NCBI RefSeq assembly: GCF_009914755.1
Contig: NC_060926.1
Reading direction: 5' to 3' (one strand)
DNA from: the human T2T-CHM13v2.0 reference genome, Homo sapiens
Length of the DNA stretch: 64,000 nucleotides
Shown here: positions 13,392 to 28,580 of the stretch, one piece after another
Layout: each line of letters begins with the position of its first letter
Position numbering within the stretch: position 1 is the first letter of the stretch
Notes under the pieces: model-generated
The model's database searches: none
Seen by the model: the letters and a program-made list of their open reading frames with translations, nothing else
Told to the model about the DNA's origin: nothing
Translations under genes and position numbers: made by a program

Positions 13392-13710
13392 CATGAGGAT
13401 TCAATGGCCTATGCGTGGAGCGCTCAGAACAGGGCCCGGCACACGGGAAACGCACACGAGCATCGGCTCTCACATTCAGCAGGTGTGAGCACTGAGGTAA
13501 GGAGACGTGCACTGGGTCCAGTCACACAGTAAGCAGGAGAGCCAGAACTGGAACTCAGGCTCCCTGCCTCCAGAGCCCCCGACCTTGACCACTATACTAT
13601 GCTGCCTCCCTCTGCAAGTACAACACACACTCACCCCCGCATCCAGGAACCCCCATGTCTCTGCCCAACCAAGGAATCCAGAATAAAGTCACCCCCCTAT
13701 TTCTCTAGAG

Positions 13711-14398
<688 letters not shown>

Positions 14399-15371
14399 CT
14401 TTAGAGTGGGGAGGGAGCAAACTCAGCAGAAGGCCAGGTCCTCCCCTCCCTGCCCGCTGCATGGCATCCAGGCTGAGAGCTCCAAGCAGAGGATGGGTGC
14501 TGCTCCCATTTCCCACCCAGCTAAGGGAACAGGGGGCCTGGTGAAGGGCAAGAAGCTGGCCGAAGGCCCTCAGATTCCCCAGCGTCACGCCACAGTGCTC
14601 AGGCTGACCCTCAAATCCTTGCATGCTGATGAAAGGTGACTCCAGAGAAACAAAAACAGCCACATGCACCTGCTAGCTGGGAGCAAGCTACTCTGGAGCT
14701 TGTTTTGATCATGCCCCCAACATCACAGTCCCCAGTTTCCCTGGGCTGGTCCCCACCTGAGCCTCACCTGCTATGGTTGCAACCCAGCAGGTCTGCAGCT
14801 TCTTCCTTCTGGCTGCAGCCACTGCCCCAACCTCTTCCAAAGACAGGCCTTACCTCAGCTGGTGAACAGCTACTACCACCCTGGGGACAAGGAGCCTGCA
14901 AAGCTGACTGTTGTAGGAATCAAGCCCCATCCCCAAGGCAAATGAAGTCAAGATTAACTTAGTCAAGACAATTGAGCTGCCCCAAAATACTGGGTGGGAG
15001 AGTCTTCTAAAAGCGAAAGCAGGGCACCAATGTGAAGAGGAAGAAATACTGATCCAGGCCTCCTTTCCCAGCCTCACTCCCCTCACCTAGCTTCCCTTAG
15101 AGCTAGTACAAACGGGAGACTCTGGGGCTCCAGAGGAATCCTCTAGACAGGCATGCTACTCAAAAATCAGGTGATAGGGAGGAAAACAAAACACTGATCA
15201 TAATACTCCCTGCCCCGGATTTCTACCGCGGGACAGTGATATGCCGTTTCAAGTGACACTGTATAGATGAAATCATGTGCCCACAAAAGGCCTGCAGCCT
15301 TCAATGACTGGTATCATGGACAGCACCATGGGCAGGGCATATATTTAATGTGAAAGTCATCACCAAACTGA

Positions 15372-15710
<339 letters not shown>

Positions 15711-15749
15711 TAATGGCCAAGAATTGTCACTCCTGCCATTCCCAACAGG

Positions 15750-15864
15750 TTTTTTTTGGTTGTGTTTTTTTGTTTTTTTGTTTTTTTTTGTTTTGAGACG
15801 GAGTCTCGTTCTGTTGCCCAGGCTGGAGTGCAGTGGCACAATCTCAGCTCACTGCAACCTACGC
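15750..15864 (-). mobile_element. Short Alu 3' fragment with long T-rich tail
   Basis: gagacggagtctcg...gcaacctacgcc, then an abrupt end. Confidence 0.85.
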
Positions 15865-18800
15865 CAGCCTGCAATTCCTGCCCCAGTGACCAAACAGTGA
15901 GAGAGAAAGCTCGTCCTTATGCTGGGCTTCCTGCTGGTATAGAAGAAATTCAGACCTGGAGAGATAATCATCAATGGATATTAAAACCTCTGGGAGAAAG
16001 GTTGGTGGTGGGGTGGGGGGGATTTGGAATGCTGGGGGGCTAACCACCCATCAGGGCTTCGCTGAGGGTGGACTGCAGGCAGGTGGGCCTCCCCAGGTGA
16101 GGCAAGGCTTGGCCAGCCCCTGGGAAGGACTCTTGCCAGGGAACCTAGTGTCCAGGGGTGGAGAATCAGGGTGCAGGCCATCACGAGGAACCAACTGGCC
16201 AGGGCTACAATGTGTGACAGTCTTGAGGACAAATGGCCTGGTTCCTCACCAGGTGATAGCATGAAACGGAGGGGCGGGAACTTCCAAAGGGGAGACATGT
16301 CATGAGGAGACATAACAGCCAGGTGCCTATTTGGATCCTAACTCAACAAATCACCTACGAAGAGGCATTTTAGATATCAAGACAACTTGAATGTGGGCTG
16401 GATATTAGATGATTATTAAGGAATTGTTGATTTTGTGTGAGGATGGCATTAAGGTTATGTTTTTTCTAAAGGCACCCAAATCTGTTGGAGTGGGCTGGAG
16501 AGGCATACTGAAGCATTTAGGGTGTACTGACACTCCTGCTCCCACCTGGGACTGATGGTGGATTGACATTAGACTCCTGCGGAGGTCAGAGCGTGTCTTG
16601 GGCCAGGACACAGGCTTTCCCTCCTTGTCCTAAGACTGAGCCCCACCCCTGCTCTCCTCCCTCAGCCCCTGTGCTTACCAACACCCCTGTGAACACCTGT
16701 GAACTCATCAGCCCACCCGCTCACCACCGCACAGGGGCTGACAGCCCCGCATGGGATCCTGACATCCTGACAACCAGCCTGACACCCACCACCCCTTAAA
16801 GGCACAGGGCATGAGTCGGCGAGATCCCACCCAACCAGAGGAGGCCTCAGCCAGGCCTCTGCTCCAATGTTCCCCAAGTATTTGCCAGGAACAAGAACGG
16901 AGGTGTCTTTGAAGAGCTTATGCCTTGGTGGAGAAGACAGCCACATAGCTAACGGAAGATGGTGACTGACACCACAAAAATGCACAAATGAAGCACACGG
17001 GAAGGCTCAAGGGGAGGGGTTTGATTTCAGGATGAGGGTGCGGGATGTGGCATTTATATTGGGCTCTGAACAATGGGTGGGAAAGAGGCGAGGAGGGGGT
17101 AGGGAGACATTCCAGTTGCGAGGGACAGGATATGCAGACTGCAGAAGTGCAGGCAGGAGAAGGAGACTACCCCTAATGTCACACTAAGGAGCCATAATTG
17201 TATTCTGGGCCCTGAAATGCACGACAGGGTACAACACAAGGACAGGACTGACACTATGCTGCAGGAAGAGGGAGGGACAGCAGAGAGGTGAGGCAGGAGA
17301 CCAGCAAGGGGCAGTCACAGCCCAGGGTAGTTCCCATGGCCAGGCTGACCTGAGCAACTCCTAATGCCTTAGCAGTTATTTCTCACCATTAATTAATAAA
17401 CTGGCACTCTGGTTTATAAAAAGGCAGCAGCAGCTAAGGTAACAGCCCAGAGCAGAGGTTAAAAAAATTTTTTTTTAAGCCTGAACTAGGACAGGAACAA
17501 TGGGGAAGGTAGGAGAGCCAGGGGGGCCCCTGGGAGCACCCCTTTTTCGCCCCCTGCGGCAGCACTATGGCAGAGCCACTCCACTCTGATCTCTCACTAC
17601 TGTTGGCAGCAGGGACAGTTATTGACCTCTTATCCCTCACCACCTGAGAAGGGACCCGAGATGCAGAACATCTTCTAACACCTGCCAGGTAAATGACATG
17701 GAACTGGCAGGGCTCAGCTTTTGTCTCAGAAACAAGTTGGAAAAACAATGATTTTAAGGGCCTTGTGTGAGAACCCCAGTGGACTGGAAGATGGGAGACC
17801 TAGGTTCTAGTCCTGGCTCTGCCTTACTAAGTGGCTTGAAGCAGCCATTTCACCTCTGTAAAATGAGGGTGATAAAATCATGCAGTTAAAGACAAGGTAA
17901 AGTGAAACTAGAACTATTATATTCAGAGTATGGTGACACAGTTGGAAAACCCTTTTCCCTAGAGCCTCCTCCACCCTGATGCCTCCTCTCCTCTCCAAGT
18001 GCCCACCACAGCAGCCTGCCTCACACACTGGCACACAGGAGCTGTGTGGGCCTCAAGCCAACCCCTGCTGTCTCCCCGCATCCACCGCCTACCCCATCTT
18101 TTGATTTGGTATCTACAGTAAAACTGCAAGCCAGACATAATTGCAGGACAGGATACAGCCTCTTATCAGGCCAGAAGATGATTCTTATCACCTCCTCTGG
18201 CACCATGCCTGGCACCAGCAACCTTTGGAGGGAGCCCAGGTCCTCATTCATGAGTTCCCCCTGCCTCTGTGGGGACAGCTCACTCATCCCTCCTCAGACC
18301 CCAGCCAGGTCCAGCCTCCCTCCCTCCTGGGCACAAGCACTTTTAATCCTCATCCTAATGCTGTAGGCTCCAAAGGTCTGTCACTGTCAGCTCACCCAGC
18401 ACAAGGAAAAGCTGCAAAAATGGCTGGAGACAAGTCAAACCACAGAGAGCAACAGAAAAGATGTAGGGTTGATAGCACAGTGTAGGGAGAAAAGCATCAG
18501 GCTTAGACATCAGAAATCTGGCTGCCACTAAAGAGTTGTGTGACCTTGGACAGGTCATTCCACCTCCTGAGACCCCAGTCTCCATATTCGCAAAAATGGT
18601 GATCCCCCTGTCTGCCCTCAGGGAAGAATGAAATGAGGTGATACTGGGAAGGCACCCTTAAAAGTAGGCCAAACCACACAGAAAGATGTGGGTTTATTGT
18701 CTATCAAAGGCCTTTTACAGGCCATCATCAGCCCCATATAAGTGAGGTGGCCCAGGACCAAAAAGCAACAACCCTGCCCAGGAGGAAGGAGAGAACCCGC

Positions 18801-19267
18801 AAGATGACCTCTCTCAGGGGATCTCTGGCAGGTGGAAAAATAAAGAAATTCCACTTAACCCATCCCCCTCCCCAGTGTGCTCCTAACCCCATATTCACCC
18901 TGACCAGGAGACTCAGGTTGAGGAAGACAAAACCAAGTGGCGATGGTCCCCTCTGCCAAGGTCTCAGTTCAGACCCCACAACAGGGGGAAACAAACAATA
19001 ACTTCCCTGCCAGGCTCATGGGAAGTACAGAACTGTGTGGTGAGAACGTTGCATTTGGGAACAAGGAGGGAGGGAAGAAAAAACACAACGCATTTGCCTT
19101 TAAATGCAGAAAACACCTTTGGAAGGTTACACAAGAACTGGTAATGTTGGATGTCTCTGAAGAGAGGAGCTAGGTGACTTAAGGTGGGTCAAGGGAAATT
19201 TTTTTCATTATGTGCCCTTCTGTACCTTTAGAATTTGGACCAGGTGAACTACTCAAAAGTAAATAGG

Positions 19268-19566
<299 letters not shown>

Positions 19567-20212
19567 TAAATAGGAAGTAAAGAAAGTCCTGCTGTTTTGC
19601 TGAGAGTGGCACACAGGGAACTAAGCTTGGCTCCCCTCACTCCCTCTCCTGGCCCAGTCCCACCACACTCACAGTTTCCCTGCCTCCAACTCACCCTGCC
19701 TCTAATCAGGTCTCACCTGTTATTCAAGGCCTCACCTCTCCCAAGAAGCCCACCCTGATCACTCCAACTGGTGAGCTCCCTCTTCTCCTGACCCCCTCAT
19801 TCTCTCACGCTTTTTATATGCTGCTTTGTAGAGGAATTGTCCTTGCTGCGTTAGGCTTATCTCAAACATATTTTAGCCCTTCTGGAGAAAGGGCTATCCA
19901 CTTTATTTCCCTGGTTTCCCCCACAGCACTGACCTAGGCACAGTGGTTACAATGGTTGTCCAGTAATTGCTTCCTGGATGTTGTGAAACAGAAGGGAAAA
20001 AATAGCAAATGACTGTATTGCTGCAGGAGGAAGAACAGGATGGCTTGGAGTGTTCTGTCACAGTAAAACCAGCATGTGACGTCTTGGGAAGGATTACGGA
20101 GTCTGGTATGTGCTGATGCCCCCAAGCCCTGCTTGAAAGGAGCAAATCTCCCCAGGGTGGAAAGTGCCCTGGTGGAAAGTGAGGCTGACCTTCTCAGGCC
20201 TCACTCCACTCC

Positions 20213-20514
20213 TTTTTTTATTTTTATTTTTTGAGACAGGATCTTGCTCTGTCACCCAGGCTGGAGTGCAGTGGGGCAATCATTGCTAATCGCAGCCTTG
20301 AACTCCCGGGCTCAAGTGATCCTCCCACCTCAGCCTCCTGAGTAGCTGGGACTACTGGTGTGCACCACCATGCCCAGCTAATTTTTTGTATTTTTGTAGA
20401 AATGGAGTCTTGCTATGTTGCCTAGGTTGCTCTTGAACTCTTGGCCTCCAGTGATCCTCCTGACGCGGCCTCCCAAAGTGCTGGGATTACAGGCATGAGC
20501 CACCACACCCAGCC
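20213..20514 (-). mobile_element. AluJ
   Basis: TSD cctcactccactcc. Confidence 0.9.
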
Positions 20515-20883
20515 CTCACTCCACTCCCGAGAGGTATCTGGTGGCAGTGACTCCCTCCCAAAGTATGAGACAACATCCCCCAGCCTCTGGGACAGACATA
20601 AGGCTAGAGCTGCAGACCAAATGTGCTTATCCCAATAAACCAAGGACTCACCCAGGAGAAGCAGGTCATGCCTACAGAGCACCAGATTAACCCCCGAGAT
20701 CCATGTCAAGGAGAAGAGAGGAAGCCTTGGCAGGCAGCAGCTGAGCACCTGGCCCTGTGCAGAGCAGGGTCATGGAAGACATGGGGGAAGACTGAGGTGG
20801 GCAGTGTGGTGTGGTGGCCAAGAGCATAGACTGGGAAGCCAGACTGCCTGGGTTCACATCCTGACTTTGTGCCATGTGCTGTG

Positions 20884-21050
20884 GTCAAGTCCAGTGACTC
20901 ATGCCTATAATCTCAGCACTTTGGGAAGCTGAGGCAAGAGGATCACTTGAGAGTTCATGGCTGCAGTGAGCTATGATGGCACCACTGCATGCCAGCCTCA
21001 GTGATGGAGCCAGACCCTGACCCCACCCCCTCAAAAAAAAGAAAGAAAAA
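20884..21050 (+). mobile_element. Alu monomer-length element (FAM/FRAM-like)
   Basis: Single arm with A-rich tail, inserted into a MIR. Confidence 0.75.
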
Positions 21051-23420
21051 GCAAAGTCACTTTACCTCTCCGTGCCAAGGTTTCCTCAGCTGTTAAACAG
21101 CACCTACACCTCAAGGGCTTGCTGTGGACAAATGGAAGTCCAGACCTTAAGACAGTGCCAGCACCCAGATAGGCCTTCATCAGCAATGCACTAGACCAAC
21201 GAGGCAATGAAAATAATGCATCAAAACAGGTGCCACATGCTCCAGATGTGGGGATTCAGAGAAGGCTGGGGAGGCAGATGGGTTCCATGATGGCCGACAG
21301 GTCTCTGGTGTATGTCCCCTCCTCACAGAGGAGGAGACCACAGCCAGCGCCAGTGGCTCTGTCTGCTCCGAACATCTCCAGGGCTCCCTGTCTAGGCCCC
21401 AAAACACAGCACTTGGCTATAGGGCTTCCTCCAAATGTAGGGAGATATCCAGGCTTCCCCCCCTTTGGAATCTCTCCCCCACCAGTGGCCCACTCTTGGC
21501 CTTTCAGGCCTCTAGAACTGCCTTTGGATTGGACTACCCTTCCAGGTCAGCAGAGAAGCCCAATGTCCCCATCTCACTAAAACCTGGCAGGCACTTCCAC
21601 AGAAACTCCGGGGTGCACACAGGGCTCCAAATGCCACCTCTTCTTTACCCCAAATCCTACAGCTCTGTGGGCTGCCCGGGTCTAATGGAAACCACACAGA
21701 GCACACCCTCCACTAAGTGCTGGGTAGTGAGAGTGTGCAGCTCTCCCTCTGCAAACCCCAGTTTCCTTGTCTGAGCTCTCTTCCAGCTCCCATGCTGGAG
21801 TCCCATGAGTAAGGGCTGTGCTCCCTTCTCCACTACCAGGTGAACCAAAGGTCACAGTGGCCTGTGATACCCCCTCCCCACCCTGCAGCTTCTCGGAGGT
21901 GCTGGCTGCCCCTGGGAGCCCCGTTTTGGGAGGCCCCACTTACTGCTCCTGAGAGGCCGGGGCCCAGCTCCATACAGAGGCCTCATGTGGCCAGCCAAGT
22001 CCCTCTCCTCTCTGGCCACCATTGTTCCCAAGGTAGAAATAACCTCAGGCCAGCTCAGTAAGGGCACTGTGATCAGACTCTTCCCTGAAGGGACTGCCAG
22101 GTGCACAGCAGACTCACATGTGGACTCATTTTTATTACTTGGCTGTGGGGAAGAACAAAACTGCTTCATGGCTACACTATTTTGCAAAGGAAAGAAAAAG
22201 AGGACTGCTTCCCCTGGAGCAGAGCCACAACAGCTTCTGTTCTTGTATTCATCATCTGTCCCTGCGTAGGGTGAGAAGGGCAGGAGAACATCTGGACAAG
22301 GCCAGGCCAGTGGTTTAGACAAGAGCGTCACAGCACTGAGGTGGCAGCAGTGACAAGTGGGGCGGGCAGCTCCCAGCAGAGAAGGACAGCCCTCAAGGTC
22401 ACCGGGATGTGGCTCTGCTGAGCTGTGCCTTGCAGCCAGCTGCCTACAAGGAGAGACAGGTGGGGCAGAGATGGGGCTGACCACAGGCCCCTTGAAACTC
22501 CCTGGTCCCAGCCAGGGCTCAGGGCCAGGGGCAGATGGGGAGGGCAGGGGAAGCTGCCAGGCCAGAGAGGAGGAGCTGCCCAGCCTGACTGAGGAGTCAC
22601 ACTTCCTACCCCGCCCCACACCCCAAGACGCTGCTGCTCAAGCAACCCCAAATAAAAACCACCCCATAACTAAGGGCCGTGGAGCCTCGGCATACCAACG
22701 ACTGGCTTCTGAGTGCAGCCACACCCTTCCTCTGCAGCCAGAGTAGACCTCCCCAGCAGTGCCACAGGCCTCCCATGCCAGCTCTGGGGCCGAGCAGGAG
22801 CCAAGGCCAGGGGCTCAAGTGACCACAGCTGTTTCCCGAGGGGCAGAGTCACACCCAGAAGCCAACAGAGAGAAGGCTGTGGGGTCACGCACCATCTGCC
22901 CACCAACTGTCTGCCCAGGCTGTCTGTGGGCTACGGGATAGATGGAAGCCCTCAAAGACCATCCCAGCCTTAGGCTAATGGGATGCATGTCCCCTCAGGT
23001 GCCTCCCAGTGCCCCCAAACCCACCCACCTAAGGAGGTCTCAGAACACCATGACCAGCCAGGCAGAAGGCTCTCATCTCAGACCTACATCTTTCACAGCC
23101 TCAGCTCTCCGAGCTCCCTTGCCAAGTGGCACAGTCTAAGCAGGGGCTGAACGGAGCCTCTTGCAGGCCACAATTCATGGTCACAACAGTTTTAGTCTTT
23201 GTGATGAAAAAAGACAAACTGATCCCAACCCAAGCTGAACCCACAGCCTTTGCTTTCCCAAGAGGCCAGCTTCTAACCATTGATCCAACAGGCCCAGGAT
23301 GACGATCCTGTCTGCCACACTCCAGGCCTTACCGCAGGGACCATTTCACCCTTATCAGGATGAGGGAGAAGGTGGACAGGGGCTCCATATAACACAGTTG
23401 TGCTCTCTCCTCCTCTCCTA

Positions 23421-24033
<613 letters not shown>

Positions 24034-27000
24034 GGATGTTGAAGATAAAAACCAGAAAATAAATCGCAGAGAAGCATCCAGGATTTCCAGACCAACAGGA
24101 ACATGACGATCCATGGACAGTTCTACTGAGGGTGGGGAGATCATTAGTTTCCTTGTGTACTACCATTACATTTTGTTTTGAGAATATCCTCTTCAATTAT
24201 TTGGAAGCCTCTGGTGAAATTCCTCATTTCAAAGACTGCCCCACTCACACAAGACCTTCGGAGGCTGCTGAAGCACCTACAACCCCAGCCACCACCATCA
24301 CACAAAATGGGGCCCCAGAGTCACCACCACGCTAATATTTTGAGAGCTTCTATGTATCCAGAACTACATTAAGGCTTTTACAGATGGTGTCTTATCTAAT
24401 CTGTACAACTCTATGATTATTATCATGACCTTTTTCAAAGTGAGGAAGTGGGATAAGTAACCTGTCTGCTGGTAAGTCACAGAACGGGGAGTGAAATCCC
24501 AGTCTCCAGGTTTTTAAGCCCTGGGCCATCCTTCCTTCCCAACAGGGCAGGGGCAGCTCCAGGCAGGGCTGCCAGGGAGGAGAGCTGCAGAGCTGCGGGC
24601 TTATCTGAGCCTGGTTTCAGGACTGCAGAGGCCTCTCAAGCCCAGCCCTATTTCTTGGGCCTCTTGCAGCAAATAGAATACAGAGAGCTGCAAAGGGCCA
24701 GCTCATTTTGTTGGGAACTCTCGTACTCTTCTGTGTACTCCGTCACCCATGGTCCTAAGGCTTTCCTAGGCTCTAAGTTCTAGACTGTCTCCCCCATCCC
24801 ATAAGAAGCTCTTCCAGACATTGTTACTAAAATCTCCCTTCACCATCACTGCTCTGCACTGACCACCTACCATGTACAGGGACTGTACTAGGTGCTTAAG
24901 CTGCATTTTCATTTCATCCCTCACATCAACCATATGAAGGTATAAATTATCTCCATTTTACAGACGTGAAAACTGAGGCACCAAGAGTTTATATGACTTG
25001 CCACAGGTGGCAGTTTTGGGACTGGGATCTGTCCAGTGCCACTCTGTAGCCCCTTCCTAACCATAAGGGTACCTTCCCCAGTCAGGTCCTCTCTTGGCAA
25101 AGGGCCACCACCTGCCCTACCTGAGACCACCACAGCCAACTCCTGGAGTTAAAGAATGGATACTTTTCATTTCCACCATTATCCAAAGCTGAGGAGGGTA
25201 CACCCTGGTCTTCTCTGCCTTGCCCTCTCCCTACCAGGCAGCGTTCAGACTCAGTCTTGGTAGCCCACACCAGGGTGCTCCAGGAAATACCACCAGGAAT
25301 GACCACTACAGCCAGAGGTGGGGACCACAGCGGGGGTGACAGCCCTCCCCCTCTGTCAGTGGGCATGCTGTTAGGTCCAGTAAACTAGAGCACCAGGCCA
25401 ACTTCACAGACTTTCCTCTGCCCATCCTAAGTGACCCTCCCCACTCCTGTTCCCCCCCCGGTTCTATAAATAAACCAGGTTGTTGCATCAGAGAAAACAG
25501 CCAGGTGGGTGTGGAAAGATCCTGGTGGAAAAGATGATTTCTATAAAATAAATTAAGGTTCCCATTCAGATCAAGGGGTGGTAAGTCAAATTCTCCAAGA
25601 CAGGCTGTTCTTGGCTGAAAATGGGTCCACCTGGACCTACAAGCTTGGCCAGCTCAGCTAAGGAAGATCCAGAGGCCAAGAGGAAAGCAAGGGCAGGAAC
25701 TGGAAAAAACAATCAAAGAAGCTGCTCCCTGCAGGCCTGGAGCCTTTTTTTGGTCTGCCTCCTCCTGTTCCCCCAGCACCCCCTGAACAGATGTGTCATC
25801 TAACAGTCTGGTCAGAGTAGCTGATTGGTGGAGGGTGAAGGACTGGGGGAAGGGGTGGAATGATTTGGGGGATAGGCACCTCTTCTGAAAAAGAATGGGC
25901 TAAGAGATCCAGGAGAGAGCTTTTCGCCCCATATACCCACCCCCTTGGGCTCCAGGAACCAGGAAGGAGGGAGAGGACAGAAAGGAGGAAAAAAACAAGG
26001 TCCAAGCTATATACCACATGATCCCACACCCTGCCACCAAACAGCAAGTCATGAAGGAAGGCGGGGAGCAGGCCAGGGGATGGGGAAATGGAGTCAGGTC
26101 ACAGCCATGCCTGGAACCTGCACTAACGCCCTCCCCATCCCAGACCACAGAGAGCCAGCCAGGAAAGTCATTCCACACCCATGTTTCAGAAAACATTCAA
26201 GGTCAGATCCTTTTTACCTAAATCCTGCTTTCATTTGGGTTTGCACCAGGCTCATCCCCCTCCTCCAGCAAGCCTTCCTGGATTTATTCACTCAGTGGAT
26301 GCCATTCCACTGGGGCAAACCTTTCCGGCACCTCTCCTGACCTAAGGCACAGTCCTGCCCCAATCCCCTTACCCTCCTACCCAGATCACTCCCAAGTTAA
26401 CCACTTGAGTGATCCACAGCAGGCTGTCAGCCCCGGGGACTGGCTTCCAGCTCCTGCCCAAGCCCAAAACAGGAAATGGGGCTCCAAGGCTGAAGCCTTG
26501 ATCTTAACACAGGCAAGGTTAAATGCTGCCAAAATAAATGATTTAAAAAAACCCTGGCCCACTGAGGTGGAAGTGACCGGGAGATAATCTCCTGCTGTTC
26601 ATTAACCATGCCGCTGCCTCTACCTCAGGCAGGGCAGGGCAGGCAGGCAGGCCACTGGAAGGCTGACTCAAGTGTTTCCTTCCTTAACTTAGAAGCTCCT
26701 CCTATCCTCAGACCAGGGACACAGGACACAGAGGGACAGGATGGGGGTGGGGGGGTGACATCTCTAGATAGTGGAGGGCATCTTGAGAGCAAGAGGCAGA
26801 TGCCCCCTGCAGCCAGCTTCTACGTTTAGCGGGGTAATCAACATTCAACCTCGCCCTGGAGGAAGACACCTGGCTTTCCTTCCCCCGTAGGGCAAGGCTG
26901 CGCCTCTCCACTCCCCTGCCGGACAGGCGCCCGCAGTTCCCCTCCCCTTTGAGGAAAGGGAGGCAGGCCCGGAGGTTCTAAGAACGGCCCCAAGATTTCC

Positions 27001-27199
27001 CTTCTTGAGGTTTCCATAGCCCCAAAGCCTCTGAATCTCATTCCTAACTTTACTTGACAATCTACTCCTAACGTTCGCCACCACTTAAACCTCCCCCAGG
27101 CCTCCCAGGGACCACCAGTGGCTGAGCCCCACACAGCGCACGTTTGGGAAGCTTGAAGACGACCCCGAAATGCGAAGAACCAACGTTTCTGTCGGTTTA

Positions 27200-28580
27200 C
27201 GCCCTTAAGCACGAGGCAAGGGCTCACTGGCCCGGCTGAAGTTCGGGGTCCTGATCCCCCACCAGCCCCGCCCGGTTAGGCCTTTAGCCGTTTCTGTGCC
27301 CCCGCGCCCCCTACTCACTGCGTGTGCTGGGCGCGGCCTGCGCCGAAGACCTCGTCCAGCGCCACCGTGGCCTGGCCCAGGAACTTGTCGACGCCGATGA
27401 GCGAGCGGTGCATGGTGGTGAGCACCAGCTCGCAGGCGGCGGCGGAGCTCGCGGCCCAGGGCGCCGGGCCCGCGTCGGCCTCCTGCGCCCGCAGCAGGCC
27501 ATCCAGGGCCCCCGGCGGCAGCTCGAAGGAGCACTCCTCACGCCACTCGGGACAGCCGTGCGTCTTCTCCACCACCGACGTACTGTACTTCTCGCGGCCC
27601 ACCTGGATCACCGTGTACGCGTCGCTGGTGCTGCCCGCTCCCGAGCTCTTGCCCCGCAGCCCGCGGGCCCGCAGCACCGTCACCTGGACGTGCGTGGGCA
27701 GCCAGCGGGAAGGCCCCGCCGCCGGCTCCGCGCCCCGCACCAGGGCCATGGCGGAGAAGCGGGGGGCGAGGTCTGGCCGAGCCGGTGCAGACCCCAGGAC
27801 CTGGTGACAAACCCGGCCGCGGCAGAAGGCGGTCAGGAACCAACTCTGAGCGCCGCCGCAGCTGCGGGCTGGGCTGGGCCGGGCCGACCGGCCGCCGCCT
27901 CCCCGCCTCACCGGGCCGCTGGCCGCGGGCCGCGCCGCGACGTCAGCGCCCCGCCCCCTGCCCCGCCCCGCGCCCGCCGCCCCAACCGGCGAGGCGGTGC
28001 GACAGGGATGCGGGCACGCAGCTCGCGCCCCGGCAGCCGCAGACCAGCCCGGAGCGGGAAGGGGCGGTGCGCGGCCTCTGCAGAGGGTGGGCGGAGTTCC
28101 CGCGGTGGCCCCGCCCCTGGCTGGGGGCGCCCGAAGCAACCCGGCCTCGCTTGTGGGGAGCCCTACACCCGCGGCCAGGTACGAAAAACCCGCTCTGCGC
28201 CTCCAGGCCAATCCCACGTCTTCCTTCTAAAAGTCCCTGCTCCGGAAAGCCCTCTCCGTAAAAGGGTCCCGGCCCGCAGTTCCTGGGATGGCCAGCCTCT
28301 TGGCGCGGACTTGGGGTGATGGGGACCCCCGCCGCTCCCCTGACCCCGGGCCGCGCTCTCCCCTCCTCCAGTCCGCCCCTGCGGGGGAAAATGCCGGAGT
28401 GAAACTGGAGCGATTGCCGCCCCGCCACGTGACGGTCCCGCATCGGCGACCTGGAAGCGGGTGAGCTGCCGCCGCCTCCAATCTCTCCCGGCGCAGGGGG
28501 CCGGGATGCGGCCATGCGGCGGCGCGGGAGGCCCGAGAGCGGGGCTCACCCTCCTCAGACTCTGCGGCGGAGAGCCGAGT
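27200..28580. promoter_or_regulatory. RAB11FIP5: CpG island / TATA-less promoter of RAB11FIP5
   Basis: Very high GC and CpG density. Multiple GC boxes (~27948-27982, 28061, 28110), CRE-like TGACGTCG (27945-27938), CCAAT (28208-28212) and E-box CACGTG (28426-28431). Confidence 0.92.
27319..27749 (-). CDS. RAB11FIP5: RAB11FIP5 coding exon 1 (431 nt; N-terminal C2 domain)
   Basis: ATG at 27749 in a perfect Kozak context (GCCATGG). Translates MALVRGAEPAAGPSRWLPTHVQVTVLRARGL...DAYTVIQVGREKYSTSVVEK...PEWREECSF...DKFLGQATVAL, the class I FIP C2 domain. Donor CA|GTGAGT at 27318, phase 2. Confidence 0.97.

Noticed and set aside
17546-17562. Second CTCF-like motif (GCCGCAGGGGGCG on minus); a similar one near 26801-26814
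   Set aside because: Several mismatches at the 5' core positions; too weak to call without a scan.
21852-22619. 255-aa minus-strand ORF in intron 1
   Set aside because: Non-ATG start, no recognisable homology or clear exon boundaries; typical of GC-rich intron.
27324-28319. 331-aa + strand ORF and other long ORFs over the CpG island
   Set aside because: Antisense or alternate-frame shadows of exon 1. Stop codons are rare in very GC-rich DNA, and the products are Arg/Pro/Gly/Ala-rich with no recognisable domain.
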